Assembly (NCBI GenBank): GCA_951406725.2
Contig: OX597814.1
Location: forward strand, 4,898,001-4,962,000
Reading direction: 5' to 3'
Source of the DNA: Octopus vulgaris
Lineage: Eukaryota
DNA: 64,000 nucleotides
Shown: one piece after another, positions 12,541-26,954 of the stretch
Layout: every line of letters starts with the position of its first letter
How positions within the stretch are numbered: position 1 is the first letter of the stretch
The notes under the pieces: model-generated
Seen by the model: the letters and a program-made list of their open reading frames with translations, nothing else
Told to the model about the DNA's origin: nothing
Databases searched by the model: none
Translations under genes and position numbers: made by a program

Positions 12541-12542
<2 letters not shown>
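11988..12542. repeat. ~550-bp dispersed repeat in (TTA)n; second copy at 13161-13704
   Basis: Two highly similar direct copies, each flanked by (TTA)n. Confidence 0.85.
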
Positions 12543-12609
<67 letters not shown>

Positions 12610-12613
<4 letters not shown>

Positions 12614-13112
12614 TAGTTTTATTTTTATAGCGTGCTTTCACTTCACTACCGAGCGCAGCTCTGTGTGCCTTGGGTATGTGCTGTGATTTGTTGTGATGCT
12701 CTGATGGTTATTGTATGGAAAGTGTTCTGCGTAGGATGTGTGCAGTGCCTAGTAGTGCAATTTTCTGTATGTTATATGTGTTTGTAAGTCCTGGTGTTTT
12801 TGTTATGTATTTGTCTGAATATTTTTTTATCATGCCTAATGCACTTACTATGATAGGAATTGTTTCTGTTTTCAGGTTCCACATTCTAGTTACCTCTATT
12901 TCCAGGTCTTTGTATTTTGAGAGTTTCTCCATTTCTTTTAGAGACACGTTGTCATCTGCCGGTATTGATACATCAATTAGAAAGCATTTTTTTCTTCATG
13001 ATCTCTGACAACTATATCTGGTCTGTTGGCCTTAATTTCTCTATCTGTGTGTATCGGCATATCCCAGAGTATGGTTGCTTTCTCGTTTTCTGTGACCTTT
13101 TCTGGTGTGTGC
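12610..13112 (-). mobile_element. 3' end of a restriction-like-endonuclease non-LTR retrotransposon (R4/Dong-like)
   Basis: RPDI..., KEMEKLSKYKDLEIEVTRMW, PIIVSALG, IQKIALLGTAHILRR; (TAA)n on both sides. Confidence 0.85.
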
Positions 13113-13119
13113 CTTATTA

Positions 13120-13160
<41 letters not shown>

Positions 13161-13702
13161 GAGGGAGAGAGCTGTGCATGCCATCAAAGTGACACTGGGG
13201 TAAAATATACGAAGCCCGGTATACCCATCATGACTACCCGTCTGATAAGGGTACACCAGGCACATGCATCACAACCATATGTGCACGACATGGTGATCTC
13301 ATATCAAGATAACGCATGACCTTGCAGGTGGGGCCCAGTTAGAATTTTCTTCAGGTCGAGTAGCCCATCCTGTTTAAAAGGTCCCAGAATAAGGATTGTT
13401 TAAGGATGTTGAACGAACCACCCATGTTCCCAAAGCTGAATTATCCAAACCTCCAAGAATCCCTCTCAACACATGGCTATGATGCTGTCCCACTACTTCT
13501 GCTCGTGATCAGAGATGCACATATCGTCAGCCACTAAGGGACATGCTCAACTGGTTAAGGTCAAACAACTGACAAGCAAATCTGTGGTATTGAGCAGAAT
13601 ATTTGCTGTAGCCCATCTTTTTATACCAAAACAAAACAATGTACATGATAACACTTCCAATCAGTTAAGATCAGAAGCCATGAGAGCCACTGCCTGGTAC
13701 TG

Positions 13703-13762
<60 letters not shown>

Positions 13763-13780
13763 CATCATCATCATCATCAT

Positions 13781-14460
13781 TGCCTTTGCACAGCTTCTAA
13801 CGCTGGAGATGTACTTTGGTGTCAGCAGTTCACTACCAGTGAACTAAAGTAACACCTCTAATTTTTCAAGCACCTTCCGAAGTATTCAAGCGGTTCCAAG
13901 CAGTGCTATTTTCTGCAAGTGCTCCACCCTTATTGCAGCCCCTATTTGTTTCATACACTTCTCAAGATTTTTACTCACTGTTTCCAGGGTCCCGACAATT
14001 ATTGGTACTACTACCACCTTTTTCATCGACCACAACTGCTTAACCTCCCAAGCTAACCTGTCATATCTCTCGACTTTTCTTTCTTCCTTATCGCATACCT
14101 TGTTGTCAGCTGGGCATGCTATATCTATGATCCAGCATAGTTTGTTTTCTTTCTCAATTAAGACTATGTCTGGCTTCCTATTCTCTGTCTCATGGTCGCA
14201 CTGAATCATAAAATCCCATAGGATCTTTGCATTTCTATTTTCAACGATGCCTTCAAATTTGTGGTCGTACCAATTTTTTGCTCCGTCAAGTCCATACTTG
14301 TTGCAAAGTGTCCAATGGATAAGCCTGGCTATATTGTCGTGGCATTTCTTATATTCCTTCTGGGCTAGTGGCGTACATTGGCTGGTAATATGCCATACGG
14401 TTTCACCATTTTGTCCACAGATTCTGCACTTATCACTTTCTGATTTGTCGTCTATTCTTC
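13781..14460 (-). mobile_element. Second RLE retrotransposon fragment (CCHC zinc finger plus PD..D endonuclease)
   Basis: CRICGQNGETVWHITSQC, HDNIARLIHWTLCNKYGL, KPDIVLIEK...IIDIACP. Confidence 0.88.
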
Positions 14461-14509
14461 ATCATCGTTGTTGTTGTTGTTGTTGTCGTCGTCGTCGTCG
14501 TCGTCGTCG

Positions 14510-14553
<44 letters not shown>

Positions 14554-15665
14554 AAGGCGGTGATCTCGGTATTATTTTACTGTTCCGTTGGTGATTAAAC
14601 TTTGTTTTCGCCGCTGTTTTGAGATTAAGGCTGCCATAGCTGTGCCGTGATCGGCTGGATTATCTCTGTGTGCGAAGCATGTTAGAGACTGACATAATTT
14701 CAATGTGTCTTTTAAACGAAGAAGATGAAACAGTGTAAAGAATGATTATAATCGCTGAACGTGGATCAGTTTAGGATTTAGATTTGTTTTAGTGGAATTA
14801 TAAAGGTCAACGGTTTTCCCCTTGAGTCAGAAGGGCAGATTTACAGTAAGACTATCTACGGAAGACAATAGTGTAATATATGTGAAAGACCGTTGCATAT
14901 CCCTTATTTGTTTTTTTGTTTTTTTATAAGTATGGAAAACTATAACACAATAAATGTTAAAAGCAGTTGCGATTCCTTTCACGAATCCGTTAAAATCTTA
15001 TTAGATGTTTGCATTAATTTAACGAAATTAATCAAAGCTGTATTATTAACCAATCAGAATTGTGATTAGAGACTGTGTCAGTTTGATATTGACCTAGACA
15101 CACAGACATACGATAAACAAAGAAACGAACAACTGGCAGACAACAGGAAATGATATCGTCCCAAAATTGTGATAGAAATATTTAATAATCAGGCATGAAT
15201 TATTTAATAACAGACTGAAATAAGCGGAAATAGCGGCGGAGTGGCTTAGGGGAGGCGGTTGGGGGGCACTGAGCGATGAGATTCGTTTGTCAGAATATTA
15301 TGGTGAGGTGAGGAAAAGTTAACAAAAATCACCAATTTATAAATATTCGACAGATTGATGGAATGATACTAAAATATAACATATAACTGTTACCTTCTCT
15401 CTCTCTCTCTTTCCTATCTTTGAGACTCTTATAGGCAAACAGTAGTAAAATAATTATTATTTCATGATATCACCAGAGTATCACATTGGGCGACATGTCG
15501 GACGACATGTTGGGAGAGAGCTGATCATCCGGTTAATGTAATCAACTTTGTTTGCAGGGGATTCGATATTCGGTTCAGTCTTTCTAGTCTGCGCTCCTGT
15601 TGGTTCCCGAGGATTTTAAATACTATTTTGTGTTTGTAGTCATACTAATTTTGTTTTTTCTGTCA

Positions 15666-15825
15666 AGGAGTGGCTGTGTGGTAAGTAGCTTGCTTACCAA
15701 CCACATGGTTCCGGGTTCAGTCCCACTGCATGGCATCTTGGGAAAGTGTCTTCTGCTATAGCCCTGGGTCGACCAATGCCTTGTGAGTGGATTTGGTAGA
15801 TGGAAACTGAAAGAAGCCTGTCGTA

Positions 15826-15880
<55 letters not shown>

Positions 15881-16288
15881 GAGTGGTGGTAAGTAGCTTG
15901 CTAACCAACCACATGGTTCCGGGTTCAGTCCCACTGCATGGCACCTTGGGCAAGTGTCTTCTGCTATAGCCCCGGGCCGACCAATGCCTTGTGAGTGGAT
16001 TTGGTAGACGGAAACTGAAAGAAGCCTGTCGTATATATGTATATATATATATGTCTATGTGTGTGTGTTTGTGTGTCTGTGTTTGTCCCCCTAGCATTGC
16101 TTGACAACCGATGCTGGTGTGTTTACGTCCCCGTCACTTAGCGGTTCGGCAAAAAGAGACCGATAGAATAAGTACTGGGCTTACAAAGAATAAGTCCCGG
16201 GATCGAGTTGCTCGACTAAAGGCGGTGCTCCAGCATGGCCGCAGTCAAATGACTGAAACAAGTAAAAGAGTAAAAGAGTAAAAGAGTA
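15666..16288 (+). mobile_element. SINE family A, double-headed variant
   Basis: Same internal junction as 9479-10101. Confidence 0.9.
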
Positions 16289-16289
16289 A

Positions 16290-17900
16290 GTCCATACTCG
16301 TTGCAAAGGGTCCAGTGGTCAAGCCTAGCTATATTGTGGACGGTGGGGGAGAGTCTTGATTTCTGATGGTTGCTAAACATTTCGTTATTGTTTGGTTGTG
16401 TTGGTCTGATGCATGTAGTCGGATTGCTGTTGGTTCCACTGGCTCATTGGATGTGATACAGTTCCATCCTGTCTTCTGGCTTATCACCCGAAGCAGTGTA
16501 TCAATTGTGACATAGTTTTATAGTGGTAGCGACCCACGAGGGAATCAATGTGCTAAAATAACAGGCCACTGTGAAATCCGGCCCAGATCTTGCTTGACGG
16601 AATGGTTTCCCACTTAGTATTGATTTAATGTTAGAATTTCCACAATTCTGTGCTGTTCTTCGAATCCTTTTGGTGCATATAATCATGTGGTGGTATTGTA
16701 TAAATGGTTCTTCGAATGGAACGGGTTTCATAAACACAAAGACATCTTGATCAAGGCTTTTCTTGATTTCATCCTAAAAACTGAGTGGAATCGGTACCTG
16801 ATTCTGGTGAGTTCTTGGTTCAACCGCCCTATTTATTAAGAGCCTCGTTCGTTGGCCTTCCATAAGGGAAAGTGGTGAGAAGTTTAATTTTCAAATCTGT
16901 TAAATATAATTGGTTGATTGGTTGATATAAGTTATTATTGCAATGGAAAGGTTAACTGTTGGAACCTTGGTGGCGTGGGAAGGGGTTGGAGTTTGGGACA
17001 ATTGTCGGAATTTGTGTTTGGCGTTTGTATTTTCCCTACCGATTGTTTGAAAACTGTCCTCGGCAACAATCATCCCTCCCTCTTCACAAAAGGATGGAGC
17101 GGTGCTGTTGGTCGTTACAGTGGAAGGACAGAATGCCTACTCATTTGTGTTTCTAGGACTGGACCCTAGGTGACCACCTCCGCAACACCAGGAGTGGCCT
17201 GGAAAATGGGGCCTGCTGATCCTGTTGTTACCTTGGCTGCTCTTCGCTTCCTTCTTTTCGCTTTCTTTTTCTCAGCTTTTTCAGTTCTACGGGGTAAGCG
17301 GCCTTCAAGTAGCTTTTACTATCACGTCTATAACGACGAAGCCTTTTTTCCCTGTAGCATCCATGCTTCCATCTGAGCACAGCTCTGATATGACTTGTTG
17401 GCCTTTGAAGATCATTAGAATTTGTAAATCTAACCTGACCCTTCTTTATAACAAGCTGTCTCTTGTCCCCGCCTGTGCAAGCCACCGGTCCATAAAGGAT
17501 CCAAACTCTCGACCAACCACGGGGGATGATGGTGGATAAGTGGAAATATGGTGGAAATATGACCAACTCTTTCAGCATATGTTTTGCTCTAAAAGAACCG
17601 CGTACAGAACTGTAAGCATATCAATCAGAGGGGATTTCTCAGGATATTTCTTGGGCTGCTTCTATTTGTAACTTTGATGAAAGATGGAAACAGCCGTCAT
17701 CCTTTCTAAAGCATTGGTATTTTGCTTTCTCGTTCTTCATCTTGGACTAAATTCTGAGGCAAAGAGGTTTCGTTTGTTTTTACAAAATTCTTCCAGTCAA
17801 TGTTTCCCTCAGAGAATTTTATTAAGTCTCAATATTCTGTCTGTGTGACAAAACAGATAAAATTGGCTTCTTTCACGCTGATACTCTCTGTGTCATGACT
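16290..17900 (-). mobile_element. Degenerate retroelement ORF1/gag-like remnant joined to a short RLE fragment
   Basis: RLRRYRRDSKSYLKAAYP resembles a decayed CCHC knuckle; 16290-16340 is homologous to 14290-14340. Confidence 0.4.
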
Positions 17901-18106
17901 AATATATTGAGTATGATTTTTTTTTTTATAACATCTAAATACAAGGAAGCAGGAAGAAAGAGAGATAAGAAATGGAAAGAAAGAAACGGAAAAAAGCCGG
18001 GTGGGGCGGCTGCTCCGTCAAGTGCCGCTGATCATTCTCGGCGGCAACGGAACACAATCGCTCCCTCTTAAATATTTGTCGATATTTTTTACTTATTTTA
18101 GCCATT

Positions 18107-18501
18107 GGCGTAGGAGTGGCTGTGTGGTAAGTAGCTGCTTACCAACCACATGGCTCCGTTTTCAGTCCCACTGCGTGGCATCTTGGGCAAGTGTCTTCTG
18201 CTATAGCCTCGGGCCGACCAATGCCTTGTGAGTGGATTTGGTAGACGGAAACTGAAAGAAGCCCATCGTGAGTGTGTGAGTATATATATATATATGTGTG
18301 TGTATATGTTTGTATGTCTGCGTTTGTCCCCCAACATCGCTTCACAACCGATGCTGGTGCGTTTACGTACCCGTCACTTAGCGGTTCGGCAAAAGCGACC
18401 GATAGAAACAAAAAGTCCTGTGGTCGATTTGCTCGACTAAAAGCGGTGCTCCAGCATGGCCACAGTCACATGACTGAAACAAGTAAAAGAGAGTAAAGAG
18501 T
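18107..18501 (+). mobile_element. SINE family A (older copies at 10430-10827, 18503-18770; truncated at 20287-20611, 56727-57091)
   Basis: Sequence similarity to the family consensus seen in this window. Confidence 0.88.
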
Positions 18502-18924
18502 ATTGGACTGTGGCCATGTTGGAGCACCGTTTTCAAAGTTTTAGTAAAACAAATCGAACACAGTTGGGTTTTTTTAAGGCACTCGAATCTTTGGCGAATC
18601 GCTGCGTTGCCGGGGGGACATAAACCAACGAACACCTATTGTTTAGTGGGGGAGGTAAATACACACACACACACACACATATGTACGCGTCTGTGTTTGC
18701 GTCTATGTATACGACGGGCTTCCTCACAGTTTTCGTCCAGCAATTTCGCTTACAAGGCAAGCCTGCGCCTGCGCGCACCTGTCGTCGTCGTATTCACTCA
18801 TTCTGTTATTCTTATTCTGTTAAATGTTCGTTAAATAATTCTTATTCTCGTTGCAGCCGCCCTTCGTTGCTATGGTGATTTGCGTGCTGTTGTTTTATTA
18901 TCATGTTCTGTGGGGGGGGAGTAT

Positions 18925-19283
18925 GGTATGTGGTGTGTGCGTGTGTGTGTGGTGTGTGTGGTGTGTGTATGTGTATAGTATCTGGTGTGTGCGTGTGTTT
19001 GTGTGTGGTATGTGTGTATGTGATGTGTGTGTTGTGTGTGTGGTGTGGTGTGGTACTATGTGGTGTGTGTGTGTGTGGTGTGGTGTGTGTGTGTATGTGT
19101 GTGGTATGTGGTGTGTGATATGAGGTGTGACTGGTGTATGGCGTTTAATGTGTGTGTGTGTGTATGTGTGGTGTGGTGTGTGTGTACGTGTGTGTGGTGT
19201 ATGTGTGGTGTGCTGTGGTGTGTGAATGTGCATGTGTGTGGTGTGTGTGTGTGAATGTGCATGTGTGTGTGTGTGTGTGTGTG
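18925..19283. repeat. Degenerate (GT)n/(GTGTG)n tract
   Basis: Direct reading. Confidence 0.95.
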
Positions 19284-21112
19284 ACGTCTTTAGTAGACAT
19301 TTTGTCATGGGATGTTGTCAAGACGTGGAAGTAAATACAAAACCTACGAAGAGGGACCCTTCCTTGAACAGAGTTGGGGTCATCCTTGACAAAACCCGGC
19401 AACTCAGCCCCGCCATCGGGACACACTCAGTGAGGAAGGGGCTGTTTCCATTTCCTCTGCAGGACGGGAAAAAAACATGTCAGAGGGCGAAAGGACTCAG
19501 ATTCCAAAAAAAAAAAACAAATGCTTCGACCTGAAACATGGAAATCTGCCGTTACGTTCTGAGTTCAAATTCCGCCGAGGTCGACTTTGCCTTTCATTCT
19601 TTCGAGGTCGATTAAATAAGTACCAGCTTCGCACTGGGGTCGATGTAATCGACTTAACCTGTTTGTCTGTCCTTGTTTGTCCTCTCTGTGTTTAGCCCCT
19701 TGTGGGTAATAAAAGAAATAGGTATTTGGCACCGAAAAACAGGCTCTGAGCAATAAACGACATCCAAATTGTCTGTAGAATTTCAATTCCATCTCAACTG
19801 AATCTCAACTCTTTAGAACTGTAGCAGAAATGGCGAAAGAGAAACACATTTGGTAAGGGAATGTATTGAAGGATTTAAGGAAGAAATTATGGTAATTTCG
19901 GAGGAATCAGCTTTTGGGAATTACGTGGAGAGAGTATAAATGAGAATGTTCAGAGAATTAGTATGAATACCAAAGTCTCAAGTATAATGGAATCTAAAGA
20001 CATGGAAATACTGCGGATTTTGGCCGTTTAATTAGACTAAAAAGTGGAGAGGGAACTAATAGGCACCGCTTGATTTACTAGAAATAACAGCCAGTCAAAC
20101 CTCCCTCTAATCATTTCACCTACATTTTCATACAAAGGAAGGAGACAATGGACAATGTTGTCCCAGATATACGAAGAGACGTGAGGATCAAGGCTGGAAT
20201 GTCTTTTATGATAGGTCTGCCTGATGAGGACTAACCTAGAGTTAAATAACAATTAAAAGAGAAGAAGGATCTGATATTGCAGGAATTACTCTTTTACTCT
20301 TTACTCTTTTACTTGTTTCAGTCATTTGACTGCGGCCATGCTGAAGCACCACCTTTAATCGAGCAAATCGACCCCGGGACTTATTCTTTGTAAGCCCAGT
20401 ACTTATTCTATCGGTCTCTTTTGCTAAGTGACAGGGACGTAAACACACCAGCATCGGTTGTCAAGCAATGCTAGGGGGACAAACACAGATACACATACAT
20501 ATATATATATACATATATATGACAGGCTTCTTTCAGTTTCCGTCTACCAAATCCACTCACAAGGCATTGGTCAGCCCGGGGCTATAGCAGAAGACACTTG
20601 CCCAAGATGCCAAAAAAAATAACAGTATTTGAAATAATATCGTAATAATTGGAACGGAGGATAAGAAAAGATGAAGATAGCATTTTGAGTGAGATTAACA
20701 TCTTGAGAAAGATGGCAAGTTGCCAGAAACGTTAGCACGTCGGGCGAAATGCTTGGCGGTATTTTGTCTGCCGTTACGTTCTGAATTCAAATTCCGCCGA
20801 GGTCGAGTTTGCCTTTCATCCTTTCGGGGTCGATAAATTAAGTACCAATTACGCACTGGGGTCGATGTAATCGACTTGATCCGTTTGTCTGTCCTTGTTT
20901 TTCTTCTCTGTGTTTAGCCCCTTGTGGGTAGTAAAGAAATAGGTATTTCGTCTGCCTTTACGTTCTGAGTTCAAATTCCGCCGAGATCGAGTTTGCCTTT
21001 CATCCTTTCGGGGTCGATAAATTAAGTAGCAGTTGCGTACTGGGGTCGATGTAATCGACTGGTTCCTTCCCCCAAAATTTCGGGCCTTGAGCCTAGAGTA
21101 GAAAAGAAAAGA

Positions 21113-21858
21113 ATTAACATCTTGAGTGAGATTAACATCTTGAGTGAGATTAACATCATGAGTGAGATTAACATCTTGAGTGAGATTAACATCTTGAGTG
21201 AGATTAACATCTTGAGTGAGATTAACATCTTGAGTGTGAGATTAACATCTTGAGTGAGATTAACATCTTGAGTGAGATTAACATCTTGAGTGTGAGATTA
21301 ACATCTTGAGTGAGATTAACATCTTGAGTGAGATTAACATCTTGAGTGAGATTAACATCTTGAGTGAGATTAACATCTTGAGTGAGATTAACATCTTGAG
21401 TGAGATTAACATCATGAGTGAGATTAACATCTTGAGTGAGATTAACATCTTGAGTGAGATTAACATCATGAGTGAGATTAACATCATGAGTGAGATTAAC
21501 ATCATGAGTGAGATTAACATCTTGAGTGATTTTAACATCTTGAGTGAGATTAACATCTTGAGTGAGATTAACATCTTGAGTGAGATTAACATCTTGAGTG
21601 AGATTACCATCATGAGTGAGATTAACATCTTGAGTGAGATTAACATCTTGAGTGAGATTAACATCTTGAGTGAGATTAACATCTGAGTGAGATTAACATC
21701 ATGAGTGAGATTAACATCTTGAGTGAGATTAACATCTTGAGTGAGATTAACATCTTGAGTGAGATTAAGATCTTGAGTGAGATTAACATCTTGAGTGAGA
21801 TTAACATCATGAGTGAGATTAACATCTTGAGTGAGATTAACATCTTGAGTGAGATTAA
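21113..21858. repeat. 18-bp minisatellite (GAGTGAGATTAACATCTT)n, about 41 copies
   Basis: Direct reading; recurrent CATCAT variant. Confidence 0.98.
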
Positions 21859-23220
21859 CACGGAAAGCAACTTAAAAGCAGACGCACAAGTCTCCTCCTG
21901 CATCGAAACTCGCAGATTCCTCTGCCAGAATATTTGTACATCTGGACTTTTAAAGAATTTACGTAAACTTTTTGACCTATTCTTAGCATTTTAGCAACAG
22001 CAATCAAGAATGCAAGGGGTCTGGGTGCCGATTGCCTGCCTGATTGTTTTCCAGCATTAATGAGATTATTACACATGTTGGTGCCTTGAATAAAGCTTTA
22101 GTGACTAAAGAATGACGAATAAAGTACGATGTCGTCTTGAGTTATGACCTCTGATACTCTGGTTATATTCCGATAACAGCAGCGGCGTTGGCTCTGCTTT
22201 CAACGTTCCTGGGTTGAGGTAACAAATACCTATTTCTTTACTACCCACAAGGGGCTAAACACAGAGAGGACAAACAAGGACAGACAAACGGATTACGTCA
22301 ATTACATCGACCCCAGTGCGTAACTGGTACTTAATTTATCGACCCCGGAAGGATGAAAGGCAAAGTCGACCTCGGCGGAATTTGAACTCAGAACGTAACA
22401 GCAGACGAAATACCGCTAAGCATTTAGCCCGGCGTGCTAACGTTTCTGCCAACTCGCCGCCTTCAAATACCAGGAAACAAATACCAGTGACATACTGGGG
22501 TTGAGGCTTGATTTAGTCTAACATTTTCCTATAAATGTATGTCCTAGTATCTTGGTAAGATCAATAAAGAATAATTATAACCGATAAAATCCCGATCAAC
22601 TGGAACGGGAATCAGTCCCGTTGACTGAAAACCGGTAGCCTTGTACCAATACCGAGAAATCAATATGACTTCTGAAATGATATTCCAAATTCTCCATGTT
22701 CCATCGCAGACTACACAGCTATGCCCGCCCCCATTCCCTTCTATATTATCTGAAGATCAAATCAACAACATAACACACGCCAGATGATGCTGGCTGGTGG
22801 AAAAAAAAAATAGCCTCACAACTTCATAAAAATCAATATATTTCTTTCATTCGAGAGATATAGCTGGTAGTTTTTTTTTTCAATTCATTTGTTCGTTGAT
22901 GACATCATTTATGGCATTTAATTCATCTTTCTTACCTTTCAGTTGAAAAAAAAAATCTTTTAATGTGTTTCACGTGTTTTTAAAGAATTCTTTTAGTTGC
23001 TGTTATTGTTGCTACTATGGTTGTTGTTGTTGTTGTTGTTGTCGTTGTTCTTAATTGAATAATTGAAATTGAACGTTTCATTATTAATGACGTCGAAGAA
23101 GTGAAACTGGAGATTTCCAGAAATGGAATATTTTGAAGAATTTCATACCAATTTACATATACAGCTATGTGTGTGTGTGTGTCTGGGGAATGTACGTTTA
23201 TGAGTAGATATACAGAGTGG

Positions 23221-23762
<542 letters not shown>

Positions 23763-24305
23763 CACTAACTTACATATATACGTACGTACATACAGACAGA
23801 CCGACATGTGCATATTCAACCTCTATTTTTCCAGTCATCTCGCCATGTTGGACCGCTGAACTCTACACAGTTTTTTCTCTCTCCATTTCTTTCATTCTCT
23901 CTCCCTCTCTCTCTCTCTCTGTTTATTTTCTCTTATTCCTTTCTGTCGAAGAGCGTAGGTTCGAAACGTGAAAGACTTCTCCATTTTTCCCAAGCGTTCA
24001 ACTACTACACTTGCTTAATATTCCTACACCTGTCTTTGTGTTTTGCTTGTCAGCAAATTTCAGCTATATATTATACGCTCGCGTGGTTACCCCAGTGTGA
24101 CCCTGACTGAACTTCCTTGGATTTGCACATCTTAACCACTTCCCGAACTTTCAATACCTCTCCTCATCCACATATCAGCGCTCAACCCGGATTATCGTTG
24201 GATCTTTGTACTCTTTCGGACTAAATCTCCACGGATCTCACTGGCTTCTTTCGTTACAATCCAGCAATTCTCTCACACGGAATTTCGTCTATCTACACAC
24301 CAATT

Positions 24306-24389
24306 GCCCTGATGAGACTTATATATATATAAGGGAATTGAATTGTTTATATATCAAAAAATGTATACAAGTCGAAACAAATTGTTGGC
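24306..24389 (+). ncRNA. Type I hammerhead ribozyme with extended stem II
   Basis: gcc-CTGATGA-gactt...aagtc-GAAAC-aaatt-GTT-ggc. Confidence 0.75.
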
Positions 24390-25270
24390 TTTTTGGGTTT
24401 TTTAAGCAATTGTTTATGTTATATTCTATTATATTCATAGTATATTATGTTACATTATAATATAAATAAATTATTAGATTGTCATTTATATCTGTAACGG
24501 TAGAAATAGATTGGTAAATATCAATATGAAATGTCGGAGTCAACAGTTGTGACGATAAAAAGTTGTTGTTATAATCGCATACTGTAGTAGGATGGTAAGT
24601 TGTAAGATGTGAAAGATGAACAATGCATGACGTTTTAAGAAAGTATTTATTTACCGTTACGTTACAATACCTTGCCTCGACGGGCAGGATTTGATACATC
24701 CAAAAGCATGCGAAGTAAAGTTTGTGTCCTCTTCGTTGTTTAGTAGTAGTAATTACAGAGAAAGATAGAATGATGTTGTAAGAGGACAGAATTAGAGCTA
24801 GAGAGAATTGTAGGGTGTTGTATCACAGTTGCTTTCTCCCTCTGACCAAGGTTGGTCAGCCAGACCTCGATGAGTCGTCACCGACTGTGACTAACTCCGT
24901 TGGGTCATCACGACTGTGACGAACTTGGTTGAGTCGTCACCGGCTGGTGACTAACTGATTTTTGCTTGGGGTGTAATTGCTTATATAACTATCCAGAAGG
25001 ATAGATATATCATTGAGAACAATAGATTTAGTTGGTGGTCTTGTTATCTCTACTCTAGCTTTTGCTGAAGTAGAAGAGGTTAGAAAAGGTCAAGTGGTGA
25101 AAACATTTCAGCCTAGCTAATGGCATCTGGAAATTGTAAAACTGGTGTCAGAGAAAAACCATTGTTCCATCGTGAGAAAAGTTCTGTTGTAGTGTTAATT
25201 TAAATTTGGCTATGGTGGATCGAATCCACTTCATGCATGCAAGATTCACTACATATCTATTCAATTTATT

Positions 25271-25332
<62 letters not shown>

Positions 25333-25430
25333 ATATGCAGAATGTGTGTGTGTGTGTGTGTGTATGTGTGTACGTGTGCGTGTGTACGTGTGTACGTGTG
25401 TGTGTGTTGTGTGTCGTGTTGTGTTTGATA

Positions 25431-25598
25431 TATTTTAACTTCTAAAGGCGATTTCACTGCAGTTTACTGTGGAGGAAGATTCACCTCTAGGAGTCCGACC
25501 CAGAGTGGTGGTCAGCTGTTTTTACACCTTTTTACTATAAGCAAGACTTTTCTTTCCATGATAAACTGCAGTGAAACTCTCTTTAGAATTTAAAATGT
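25431..25598. mobile_element. Small MITE-like element with ~45-bp imperfect TIRs
   Basis: ttctaaag...tttcactgcagttta / taaactgcagtgaaa...ctttagaa. Confidence 0.55.
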
Positions 25599-26428
25599 GA
25601 CACACATATATATATTTGAACTGACCTAAAGTTTGTTTACTTCTTACTTCTCAGCACTTCGTTGCGCTGATACAACAAACACACACACACACGCGCGGAA
25701 CTGAACCCAGAACCATGTGACTGAGATGCCTACTTCTTACCACACGCCTGCGCCTCTATGTGTGTGTGTGTGTATGTGTGTGCGTGTGTGTGTGTGTTTG
25801 TAAAATTATTTCATTTATAGTGTTTACTCTACTAAGCTCAGCCACAGGTATTGGCTATCAGACAGAAAAAGGCCTTTTCGTTTGTTTTTTCTTGTTTGTT
25901 TTCTTGTTTATTATTTTTATTTCTCGTATTGTATTTTCTTGTACATGTATTTTTATCTTGTATTTTATTTTGTAGTTTTATTTGTATCGTTTTTACGTCC
26001 TGTTTGTGTTACATTTTTTTCTTGCTTGTTTTTACCCCTCTGCGAAGTAATTTTATTTTAATTCTCTCGCAGGAAGGACTAGTTTGACGAATCGTGTTCT
26101 GTCTTGCCTTCGAAACACGCTAGAGCCGAACTAGTGACAGCTGATGAAGGGGATTTTTCCTTGTGTAGTATGTCCTGTACTCTGTTTTTCTGTTGTAAAA
26201 AAATGTTTTTGCCGTTTTCGTTTCTCGTTGAGTTCTACGTCTAGTTGTGGTGTCCTGTACTCACGTATATATATTTATATATGCATGTATATATACATGT
26301 AGATGTAGGTACGTACATATATGTTTGTATGTATGCATATATTTTATTTATTACACTATTGTTTGACAGCGCCCTCGCGTCGATTCGATTCGTTCGCTTC
26401 GTTCCGTTCTATTCTCCCAGTACGGTTT

Positions 26429-26463
26429 TATACATATATACATATATATATATACATATATAC

Positions 26464-26534
<71 letters not shown>

Positions 26535-26664
26535 CATATATATATACATATATATACATATATATACATATATATATATATATACATATATATATACATA
26601 TATATACATATATATATACATACATATACATATACATACATATACATATATATATATACATACA

Positions 26665-26696
<32 letters not shown>

Positions 26697-26751
26697 CATA
26701 TAAATATATATACATATATATACATATATATATATACATATATATACATAC

Positions 26752-26782
<31 letters not shown>

Positions 26783-26829
26783 CATATAAATATATATACA
26801 TATATATACATATATATATATACATATAT

Positions 26830-26875
<46 letters not shown>

Positions 26876-26923
26876 ATATATATACATATATATACATATA
26901 TATATATACATATATATACATAC

Positions 26924-26954
<31 letters not shown>

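Noticed and set aside
20215-20250. CTGATGA motif
   Set aside because: No GAAA core half; part of an unrelated dispersed repeat.
21113-21858. CRISPR-like array or repeat protein
   Set aside because: Contiguous 18-bp units without spacers, no cas genes, eukaryotic context, no splice support.
26105-26165. GAAAC...CTGATGA arrangement suggesting a type II hammerhead
   Set aside because: No stem I and no valid NUH site; possibly a decayed PLE end.
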